Shown piece by piece: positions 36,848-44,493 of a DNA stretch of 64,000 bases. The translations under genes and the position numbers were made by a program. Below the pieces are notes generated by a model. That model made no database searches. It saw nothing but the letters and a program-made list of their open reading frames with translations, and had not been told where the DNA came from. The stretch's first letter is position 1. Each line of letters starts with the position of its first letter. Origin of the DNA: Patescibacteria group bacterium (GTDB lineage: Bacteria; Patescibacteriota; Patescibacteriia; UBA10025; JAHIVO01); assembly GCA_041650915.1 (NCBI GenBank), contig JBAZKE010000001.1, forward strand, positions 187,284-251,283, written 5' to 3'.

Positions 36848-38479
36848 ATGAACAAAAAAAATAAGCTGATTGGGGTTGCGGCACTGGGGGCATGCCTGGT
36901 ACTCTTTGGCTACGGGGCGTATGCCGCATCCGAAGTCGGGTCTGAACCGACGTTCGAAGTCGATACATCACTGCCCTACGGCCCCGAATTGACCGGAGGT
37001 TTTACCATCTCTCCGCCGCAGGTTGATCCTGGCCAGCCGGTCGAGTTTTCCGCGGGTGTCTACGATCAGTCAGGCGTAAAATCCGTGTACGTCGACATTG
37101 TTTCTCCGGCGACTGACACAACGCTCAAGTCAATAGAACTGCTCGACGACGGTTCGAATGATGACGGTACGGCCGGCAACAATGTTTTTGGCAGAGGATG
37201 GGATACGAGCGGGATGAGCGTCGGTGTCTATACGGTTCGGCTGAGAATGGCTGACAAGCTGGATAACCTCAATACGCAGGATGCGGGGTACATCGCACTC
37301 GGTGAAGGCGGGTGCCTGCACGACGATGAATGCACGTCACCCGAACGCTGCTGCTACGGAGTATGCGTAAGCAATGCATGCTCGACGGATGCCGACTGTG
37401 ACGATGCAGATGATGCCACGCTCGATCGCTGCAATACGGTTGATGTCTGCCCGGCGTACTGTTCAAATAACGTATTGCCATGCGTGGGCGGAGACGGCGT
37501 CTGCCCCCCGGGATGCGGTGAAGATGCGTGGGAGTGCGTCGGCGGTGACTATAATGGTATTGCGTGCGATCCCGCTGACAGCGAGAGCTGTGGCGGTCCA
37601 TCATCGGGGAGCGTCTGCACGTTGATTGAGGCTGATTCGGACTGTACGGTAGATACGACGGCACCCGTCGTGTCTGTCCAGACCCCGGGAGATTCAGAAA
37701 CAATTGATGGAAATACCTACACTGAGTATGAGGTTACCGTTACGGCATCTGATCCGGAATCGAATATCGCGCAGGTTCGCTTTTTGCTCGATGGAACTGA
37801 GCAGTCAGTATGGCTCGGCGACCCAGCTCCCGGAACGGGGCTGTATACCTGGATTATGCCTGTCGGGCCGCTCACTGAGGGGGCTCACACTATCATTGCC
37901 GAAGCAGAGAATGGCATCGGGACACTCAGCGAGGACGGGGTATCCTTTATCTACACTGCTCCTACGTCGAGCGTTGCCCCGACAGTGAGCATTACTGCCC
38001 CTGCGAACGGCGCTACGGTTACGGGAAGCACGACCGTTGATGTGACGGCGACGGATGACGGCCTCGTCAATGAGGTTAGCTTTTACCACTGCGTTGTCGG
38101 CCTGCAGGATTCTGATTCGAGCTTTACGCCCGCCTCGACGGTTAATGTAACGCTCAACTCCTGGAATGCGACAAGCACCGCAACCGCCCTGCTCGAAAAT
38201 TACATTATGCCGTTTGCCGCGTTGCAGCAGGACGTGAAGAAGTTCAAGCTGCCGTTCGTACCGGTTGCGCATGCGGCAGATGATTCGAACTGTACCACGA
38301 CAACAACGACTCGCAACTATACGCAGTGCATCTATGCCATGGCCATTGACGACGACAGCCTTGTCGGTACCAGTGCGTACGTTTACGTGACCACTCCGAT
38401 TACGACAACAACGACAAGCTGCACGACCACAAATCGCATGGACACTCCGTCTAGTGCGTCCAGCAGCTCGGCAATCTAG
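36848..38479 (+). CDS. Secreted surface protein, paralogous in module content to the C-terminal part of the upstream giant protein
   Basis: 543 aa. Signal peptide (LGACLVLFGYGAYAAS), a knottin-like Cys module (CLHDDECTSPERCCYGVCVSNAC…) and Ig-like domains (TAPVVSVQTPGDSE…, APTVSITAPANGATVTGS…). RBS AAAGGAG upstream of the start. Confidence 0.7.
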   Translation: MNKKNKLIGVAALGACLVLFGYGAYAASEVGSEPTFEVDTSLPYGPELTGGFTISPPQVDPGQPVEFSAGVYDQSGVKSVYVDIVSPATDTTLKSIELLDDGSNDDGTAGNNVFGRGWDTSGMSVGVYTVRLRMADKLDNLNTQDAGYIALGEGGCLHDDECTSPERCCYGVCVSNACSTDADCDDADDATLDRCNTVDVCPAYCSNNVLPCVGGDGVCPPGCGEDAWECVGGDYNGIACDPADSESCGGPSSGSVCTLIEADSDCTVDTTAPVVSVQTPGDSETIDGNTYTEYEVTVTASDPESNIAQVRFLLDGTEQSVWLGDPAPGTGLYTWIMPVGPLTEGAHTIIAEAENGIGTLSEDGVSFIYTAPTSSVAPTVSITAPANGATVTGSTTVDVTATDDGLVNEVSFYHCVVGLQDSDSSFTPASTVNVTLNSWNATSTATALLENYIMPFAALQQDVKKFKLPFVPVAHAADDSNCTTTTTTRNYTQCIYAMAIDDDSLVGTSAYVYVTTPITTTTTSCTTTNRMDTPSSASSSSAI

Positions 38480-38510
38480 CTTGTGCGAGTGGTAAAGGAA
38501 AATTCACGTA

Positions 38511-39158
38511 ATGACTGATAAAGATACAAAACAAGTCGAAGATATTTTCGCTGAAGCTGATTCTGGGGGCACTGCACGCAGTGCCCCCCAGAAAAAAGCG
38601 CCGGTAAAACCAATTGCACAGCCGGCACCGGCCGCACGGGAAGTGAGAAATATCCAGCCGACAGCCAATCGTCCGCAGTACCGGAAGACGAAGATTATGC
38701 TAATAGTGCTTTTGAGCGCTGGGGCGCTCATCGTCGTCGGCGGCGGTGCAGTGCTCGTGACAAGCGGGGTATTCTCCGGTGAAAATGCGAACAGCACTCC
38801 CGCAACGAACAGTGCGGCAACGGACGGGTCCGCACCGACGGTTAATGTACCGACGAACAGCTCCGGGACGGTACGGCTGCAGAAAGTAGATTTGAGTTTG
38901 CAGCCGGTTGATACGGATAGTGACGGACTCACCGATGCAGAGGAAGCTGAGCTCGGCACGGATATCCGCACGGTTGACACGGATGGCGACGGCCTCTATG
39001 ACCGTGAGGAGGTTCGGGTATACGGTACGGATCCCCTGCAAACCGATACAGATCAGGATGGCATTGTTGACGGGACCGAGGTTGCAAACGGGTATGATCC
39101 TTCCGGACCGGGGATGCTGCTCGATTTGGATGCTGCAATTGAGAGGCTTCAATCTTAA
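38511..39158 (+). CDS. Single-pass membrane protein with thrombospondin-type-3/dockerin-like Ca2+-binding repeats
   Basis: 215 aa. Cytoplasmic basic N-terminus, one TM helix (IMLIVLLSAGALIVVGGGAVLV), a Thr/Asn-rich linker, then DTDSDGLTDAEE / DTDGDGLYDREE / DTDQDGIVDGTE repeats. Confidence 0.65.
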   Translation: MTDKDTKQVEDIFAEADSGGTARSAPQKKAPVKPIAQPAPAAREVRNIQPTANRPQYRKTKIMLIVLLSAGALIVVGGGAVLVTSGVFSGENANSTPATNSAATDGSAPTVNVPTNSSGTVRLQKVDLSLQPVDTDSDGLTDAEEAELGTDIRTVDTDGDGLYDREEVRVYGTDPLQTDTDQDGIVDGTEVANGYDPSGPGMLLDLDAAIERLQS

Positions 39159-39181
39159 TATGCTTTATTAATACCTTTGGT

Positions 39182-40318
39182 ATGCCAGACAATCCACAGC
39201 AAGGGCAGACGGGCAGTCCAGCGCCGAGCCAGCGTAAAGCGCGCATCCATACAATGCCGGATAAGTTTTACATTGATGATGCCGGCGGCGGTGGCAGCAA
39301 AAATACATTCTTAATCATTGGAATAATCATTCTCGTCGTTGCGATCCTTGGGGCTGCAACCTTTTTTCTGCTCCAGCGGTACGGAGGCGGTGAAGATAAT
39401 GCGAACAGCGCAACGAATGCCACGACAAACGGTGTGAGCAATATAAATACAGGCAATGTAAACGCAGCGACGAATAGTACCGTCAATACGCTGGCTAACG
39501 CCAATGCTGCGCTCAATACCAATACTTCTAACGGCAATGTCAATGCCGCGTTGAATGTCAATTCCATTACCAACAATCTATTCCCGAACAGCAATACGGC
39601 AACGAATACCGCCTCCAATGTCAATGCAATCGTTTCGAGCAGGGATTCTGACTCCGATAGCCTCACCGATATTGAAGAAGCTCTTTTTGGAACCAATTTA
39701 TCGCTATCAGATACTGACGGCGATGGCTACCAGGACGGCCAGGAGGTAACGAGCGGGTACGATCCGAACGGGACATCTGCGCTCGATGAGAACAGCGCCG
39801 TGTACCGGTATACGGACGGCGTCGGCAGCTATTCAATCCTGTATCCAAACGCGTGGGATGTTGCAACGGATCCGCAGAGCGCATACGGTAAAATGTTCAG
39901 CAGCACCAACGGTGAATTCATCGAGGTTTCGATTGAAGAAAACCCGGCGAAGTTGGGCGCACGTGACTGGTACCTGACGAAGTCGCCCGGCATTGATTCA
40001 ACTCAGATTTTGTCCGTCTCAACGTGGGACGGCAAGCTCGTCGGGGTGAAGAGCCCAGACGGCTCCACCGTATACTATACGAAGGGAGATAACGCGTACG
40101 TGATATCGTATAACATCAATATCCTCTCGGAAGCAAACTTCCTTACGACGTTCGAAATGATGTACCAGAGTTTCGTAGTAATTGAATCAGCGCTCACCAA
40201 TACGAATACGAACACGTCAAATACAAATTCAAATACCAATGTAAATGTTAATTCCAATGGAAATTCAAATACCAATACAAATACAAATAGCAACACGAAC
40301 AGCACGCCTCATCTGTAA
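39182..40318 (+). CDS. Single-pass membrane protein with Asn-rich low-complexity segments and a DxDxDG Ca2+-binding motif
   Basis: 378 aa. TM helix (FLIIGIIILVVAILGAATFFLL), Asn/Thr-rich tracts, DSDSDSLTDIEEALFGTN…DTDGDGYQDGQE, a globular segment, and a C-terminal (N-T/S-N)n tail. The stop abuts the ybeY start. Confidence 0.65.
   Translation: MPDNPQQGQTGSPAPSQRKARIHTMPDKFYIDDAGGGGSKNTFLIIGIIILVVAILGAATFFLLQRYGGGEDNANSATNATTNGVSNINTGNVNAATNSTVNTLANANAALNTNTSNGNVNAALNVNSITNNLFPNSNTATNTASNVNAIVSSRDSDSDSLTDIEEALFGTNLSLSDTDGDGYQDGQEVTSGYDPNGTSALDENSAVYRYTDGVGSYSILYPNAWDVATDPQSAYGKMFSSTNGEFIEVSIEENPAKLGARDWYLTKSPGIDSTQILSVSTWDGKLVGVKSPDGSTVYYTKGDNAYVISYNINILSEANFLTTFEMMYQSFVVIESALTNTNTNTSNTNSNTNVNVNSNGNSNTNTNTNSNTNSTPHL
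40195..40313 (+). repeat. Imperfect AAY-ACN microsatellite-like coding repeat (Asn-Thr/Ser)n
   Basis: aatacgaatacgaacacgtcaaatacaaattcaaataccaatgtaaatgttaattccaatggaaattcaaataccaatacaaatacaaatagcaacacgaacagc. Confidence 0.5.
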
Positions 40319-40759
40319 ATGGAAATAGCGGTAAACAATACAGAGGGATTTCGGTTTACTACAGCGTTTATTGAAAAGCTATTCAGGGTTATTAGTACCG
40401 TACTGCCACGTTTCAAGCGTGGTATTGTTTCAGTCGCGTTTGTCGGCAACCGGACGATACGCAGACTCAACGCGCGGTACCGCCAGAAGGATGCGGTTAC
40501 CGACGTGCTGTCTTTTCCTGAGATGCAGCAGATTCGCACCGTACGGCGGGGGCAGTTCCTTGGAGAAATTATTATTTCGTATCCGCGGGCACGGTCGCAA
40601 GCTCGGGAGCGGGGTGAGGCAGTGAGCCGTGAACTCGTCCGTCTGCTCGTGCATGGCTTTTTACACCTCGTCGGCTATGACCATAGAGGCGTTCGGGACG
40701 CCCGCAAGATGGAAGCACAGGAGGGCAGGGTCATCAGACTATTTGAGCGAAAAAAGTGA
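40319..40759 (+). CDS. ybeY: Endoribonuclease YbeY (rRNA maturation factor)
   Basis: 146 aa. 'DVLSFP' and the 'HGFLHLVGYDH' zinc-binding motif. Confidence 0.85.
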   Translation: MEIAVNNTEGFRFTTAFIEKLFRVISTVLPRFKRGIVSVAFVGNRTIRRLNARYRQKDAVTDVLSFPEMQQIRTVRRGQFLGEIIISYPRARSQARERGEAVSRELVRLLVHGFLHLVGYDHRGVRDARKMEAQEGRVIRLFERKK

Positions 40760-40765
40760 ACTACT

Positions 40766-41134
40766 ATGTTACTCATTAATCTCAGGAGGCTGCTAAAAAG
40801 CTTTCGGTACGCGTTTCGGGGATTCTGGTATGCGTTTAAAAGCGAACAGAATATCCGTGTACACCTTCTCGCGAGCGTAGTCGTCATTACCCTCATGATT
40901 TACTTTCAGGTTGCATTCTGGGAAGCAATTATCCTATTCCTCCTCATGATGCTCGTGCTTATTTTAGAGCTTATAAACACCATTTTTGAAAAGGTCATCG
41001 ATATGCTCCGTCCGCGCATTCATTTCTATGCAGAGGTTATTAAAGATATCATGGCAGCCACGGTGCTTGTTTCGTCAATTGGAGCCCTGGTAATCGGCCT
41101 GCTCATTTTCCTGCCCTATATCGTCGGCAGGTAG
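40766..41134 (+). CDS. dgkA: Diacylglycerol/undecaprenol kinase
   Basis: 122 aa, three TM helices. 'EQNIRVHL' and 'ELINT..E' DgkA motifs. Confidence 0.8.
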   Translation: MLLINLRRLLKSFRYAFRGFWYAFKSEQNIRVHLLASVVVITLMIYFQVAFWEAIILFLLMMLVLILELINTIFEKVIDMLRPRIHFYAEVIKDIMAATVLVSSIGALVIGLLIFLPYIVGR

Positions 41135-41203
41135 CCACCGGGGGATTTTGCATAATACCGAGTTATACTTTATAATAGAGGTACATATCTGAACAAGTAA
41201 TTT

Positions 41204-42457
41204 ATGCCAAAGGAAGATATCATTACAGGGCTCGATATTGGGTCAACAGCGATTCGAGTCGTTGTCGGGCAGCTTAATCCGCACGATCGGAAGATCCACG
41301 TGCTCGGAGCGGCTGAAAATACCGCAGAGGGCGTCAACAAGGGGAGCGTGACGAGCATTGAGGACGGCGTTTCATCGATTTCCGGAGCGCTTGAGAAGGT
41401 CGAGCGTATGGTTGGCATACCGGTCGAGCACGCTTTTGTGGGTATAAACGGCAACCACATCACCTCGCAGGACAGCCATGGCGTCATTGCAGTGTCGAAG
41501 TCCGACGGCGAGATCAGGGAAGAAGACGTTGAGCGTGTCATTGAAGCCGCCCAGGCAGTCGCAACCCCCCCAAACTATGAGATTCTGCATGTGATACCCC
41601 GCAGCTTTACCGTCGACAATCAGCAAGGCATCAAGGATCCTATCGGGATGACCGGAATACGGCTCGAGGTTGATGCGCAGATCATCCAGGGGCTCTCCGC
41701 GCAGATAAAAAACCTGACAAAGTGCGTCTACCGCACCGGTATCGACATTGATGACATTGCGCTCGGCGTGCTTGCCTCGTCAGAGTCGGTATTGACGAAG
41801 AAGCAGAAGGATCTCGGGGTTGCGCTGCTCAATATCGGCGGTTCGACGACGAGCCTGCTCGTGTTTGAGGAGGGTGACGTTCTCCATACCGCTATCTTGC
41901 CGGTTGGCTCAAGTCACATTACGAATGACATCGCGATCGGCCTCCGCACTTCGATTGACCTTGCTGAAAAGATAAAAATCGAGTACGGAACCGCGCTGCC
42001 GGCGGAGATCAACAAGCGCGATGAGATCAACCTTGAGGAGGTTGACTCGCGTGAAGAGGGCGCTGTCTCGCGGAAGCACGTTGCTGAGATCATTGAAGCT
42101 CGGTGTGAAGAGATATTCAAGTTGGCCAACAAAGAGCTCGAGAAGATAGACCGCGCTGGCCTCTTGCCGGCAGGCGTTGTGTTGACCGGCGGCGGCGCAA
42201 AGCTTCCCGGCCTCATTGAAGTCGCGAAGCAGGAATTCAAGCTGCCCGCGTCACTCGGGTATCCGCTTGATCTCGGTTCGACCGCCGTTGATAAGGTCAA
42301 CGATTTGAATTATTCGACAGCAGTTGGGTTGTTGAGCTGGGGAGCGAGTTTTTCCGGGCGTAGCGGTGAGGGCAAAGTTTTTTCAATGCCGAAGTTTTCT
42401 TCGGTGGCTGACGCTACATCGAAGATGAAGAAGTGGTTTAAAACTTTAGTCCCGTAA
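41204..42457 (+). CDS. ftsA: Cell division protein FtsA
   Basis: 417 aa actin-fold protein. '[16 protein letters not shown]', 'GGGAKLPGL', C-terminal amphipathic tail. Confidence 0.9.
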   Translation: MPKEDIITGLDIGSTAIRVVVGQLNPHDRKIHVLGAAENTAEGVNKGSVTSIEDGVSSISGALEKVERMVGIPVEHAFVGINGNHITSQDSHGVIAVSKSDGEIREEDVERVIEAAQAVATPPNYEILHVIPRSFTVDNQQGIKDPIGMTGIRLEVDAQIIQGLSAQIKNLTKCVYRTGIDIDDIALGVLASSESVLTKKQKDLGVALLNIGGSTTSLLVFEEGDVLHTAILPVGSSHITNDIAIGLRTSIDLAEKIKIEYGTALPAEINKRDEINLEEVDSREEGAVSRKHVAEIIEARCEEIFKLANKELEKIDRAGLLPAGVVLTGGGAKLPGLIEVAKQEFKLPASLGYPLDLGSTAVDKVNDLNYSTAVGLLSWGASFSGRSGEGKVFSMPKFSSVADATSKMKKWFKTLVP

Positions 42458-42467
42458 GGGCCAATAC

Positions 42468-43691
42468 GTGAATGGTATGAGGCAAAAATCTAACGGACAG
42501 AATACTATGGAAATTAAACCCGATATTGAGACGTTTGCAAAGATTAAAGTCGTCGGTGTCGGTGGATCCGGAGGCTCAGCGATTGATCGGATGATTAACG
42601 ACAAGATTCGCGGCGTCGAGTTTATTGCTGTTAATACGGATGCGCAAGCCCTGCACCACTCAAAAGCGCCCCATAAGCTGCATATCGGCAAGACGACGAC
42701 AAGAGGCCTCGGAGCGGGGATGGACCCCGAACTCGGCAGAAAAGCTGCGGAGGAGGACCAAGATGAAATCCACGATATGTTCAAGGGCGCGGATATGGTT
42801 TTCGTTACGTGCGGGCTCGGTGGCGGTACTGGCACGGGAGCCGCGCCGCTCATTGCTGAGATTGCCCGAGATGCCGGCGCGCTTACCGTCGCAGTGGTTA
42901 CGAAACCGTTTGCATTCGAGGGGGCACAGCGCAAGAGCATCGCAGAGAGCGGACTGGGGGATTTGATTGATAAAGTTGATACGATCATTACGATACCGAA
43001 CGACCGGATTTTGCAGATTATTGATAAAAAGACATCGTTGCTCGATGCGTTCAAAACGGTCGATGAAGTGCTTCGGCAAGGCGTGCAGGGGATTTCCGAC
43101 CTTATTACCGTACCCGGCCTTATCAACGTCGATTTCGCCGATGTACGTTCGATCATGGAGAATGCCGGTTCTGCACTGATGGGGATCGGCCAGGGAGCAG
43201 GGGAAAACCGGGCTGTTGACGCGGCAAAAGCGGCAATTGACAGCCCACTGCTCGAGTTATCGATTGAGGGAGCCAAGGGCATCCTCTTTACGGTGACGGG
43301 TGGCCCTGACCTGGGGATGTATGAGGTGAATGAAGCTGCCCGCATCATCACTTCATCAGCAGATCCAAATGCGAGGGTAATTTTTGGATCTGTCATTGAT
43401 GAATCCATGAAAGACCAGATTAAGATAACGGTCATCGCAACCGGTTTCGGCACGAAGCAGAAAACGATTAAAAAGATAAAACCGATGGAATTCGGAGCAC
43501 TTGACCGTGAAATAGCGTCCAAACCCTCTTTTTCTACCGCGCGAGTTTCAGCGGCAACCCCGCCGTTATCCCGAAAACCGGAACGGAGGCCAGTCGTTGA
43601 CCGTTCTGTCCCTGAAAAAACGCAGACTGCTGCGGAAAAAGAAGAAGAGGATCTTGAAATCCCCGCGTTTATTCGGAAGAAGATGATGTAA
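42468..43691 (+). CDS. ftsZ: Cell division GTPase FtsZ
   Basis: '[13 protein letters not shown]' and the tubulin signature '[10 protein letters not shown]'. Annotated with a GTG start at 42468, though the true start may be a downstream Met (MEIKP… at about 42507). Confidence 0.9.
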   Translation: MNGMRQKSNGQNTMEIKPDIETFAKIKVVGVGGSGGSAIDRMINDKIRGVEFIAVNTDAQALHHSKAPHKLHIGKTTTRGLGAGMDPELGRKAAEEDQDEIHDMFKGADMVFVTCGLGGGTGTGAAPLIAEIARDAGALTVAVVTKPFAFEGAQRKSIAESGLGDLIDKVDTIITIPNDRILQIIDKKTSLLDAFKTVDEVLRQGVQGISDLITVPGLINVDFADVRSIMENAGSALMGIGQGAGENRAVDAAKAAIDSPLLELSIEGAKGILFTVTGGPDLGMYEVNEAARIITSSADPNARVIFGSVIDESMKDQIKITVIATGFGTKQKTIKKIKPMEFGALDREIASKPSFSTARVSAATPPLSRKPERRPVVDRSVPEKTQTAAEKEEEDLEIPAFIRKKMM

Positions 43692-43819
43692 GAGTGGGGT
43701 ATCCGTTTTATTGCCCGTTTTCAGATAATAGGCCGGGAGTAAAAATAAAAAGAAAAAACAGGTATAAAAAGATGACATGGTACCAGGTGTCTCTTTTTTT
43801 GCGCCTCACGTGCGGTGAG

Positions 43820-43828
43820 TTATCCACA
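43820..43828 (+). promoter_or_regulatory. Consensus DnaA box (TTATCCACA) in the ftsZ-nrdR intergenic region
   Basis: Perfect 9-mer 'ttatccaca' within a ~300-bp AT-rich intergenic region upstream of nrdR-nrdJ. Confidence 0.35.
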
Positions 43829-43924
43829 TTTTTTGGAAAAAAATTGAGCGGACTATACCTTTTTTAAAACAAAAAAATTTAAAAAAACCGCCAACCATAG
43901 TAACAAAAAAGCCTTACATTATTG

Positions 43925-43978
43925 ACAAATCTATATGTTGTAGTATACTGTATGGTAGGACTACAATATGTAGATAAA
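43925..43978 (+). promoter_or_regulatory. Candidate NrdR boxes / promoter of the nrdR-nrdJ operon
   Basis: Imperfect palindromes 'atctatatgttgtagtat' and 'ctacaatatgtagat', about 30 bp apart and just upstream of the nrdR ATG. They resemble the NrdR-box consensus (acaCwAtATaTwGtgt) only loosely. Confidence 0.3.
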
Positions 43979-43987
43979 TAAATTGAT

Positions 43988-44464
43988 ATGAAATGCCCTG
44001 CTTGCCACCATCCAGATTCAAAGGTCACTGATTCGCGGCTCGTGAATGATGGCATGGCAGTTCGGCGCAGGAGAGAGTGTTTGGAGTGTAAGTTTCGCTT
44101 CTCAACCTATGAAGAGGTTGAGATTTTGGACCTTGCTGTCATCAAGAGTGATGGCCGGCGCGAACCATACGCTCGAGAAAAGCTCGAGAACGGCCTGAAG
44201 AAGGCATTTGAGAAGCGCCCAATCACCAAAGATGGCTTTAAGCAGCTTATCAGCACGATCGAGCGAGACATCCAGCTCGCCGCGAAAGAAGAGATAGAAA
44301 GCAGCACGCTCGGCGAGATCGTCATGAAGCACCTGAAGCGTAAGGACCAGGTCGCGTACATCCGTTTTGCATCGGTATACCGGTCGTTTGAGGACGTTGA
44401 GACGTTTCAGGAAGAGCTCATGAAGCTCAGCAAACCGAAAAAAACAAGGACCGTTAGAAAATAA
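43988..44464 (+). CDS. nrdR: Transcriptional repressor NrdR
   Basis: 158 aa. N-terminal zinc ribbon 'MKCPACHHPDSKVTDSR…CLECKFRFSTYE' plus an ATP-cone. Confidence 0.9.
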   Translation: MKCPACHHPDSKVTDSRLVNDGMAVRRRRECLECKFRFSTYEEVEILDLAVIKSDGRREPYAREKLENGLKKAFEKRPITKDGFKQLISTIERDIQLAAKEEIESSTLGEIVMKHLKRKDQVAYIRFASVYRSFEDVETFQEELMKLSKPKKTRTVRK

Positions 44465-44493
44465 TTATAAACTAACACTTCCCCAAAGAGCGT

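Noticed and set aside
42446-43522. 358-aa minus-strand ORF
   Set aside because: Antisense to ftsZ and Ser/Ala/Pro-rich, spurious.
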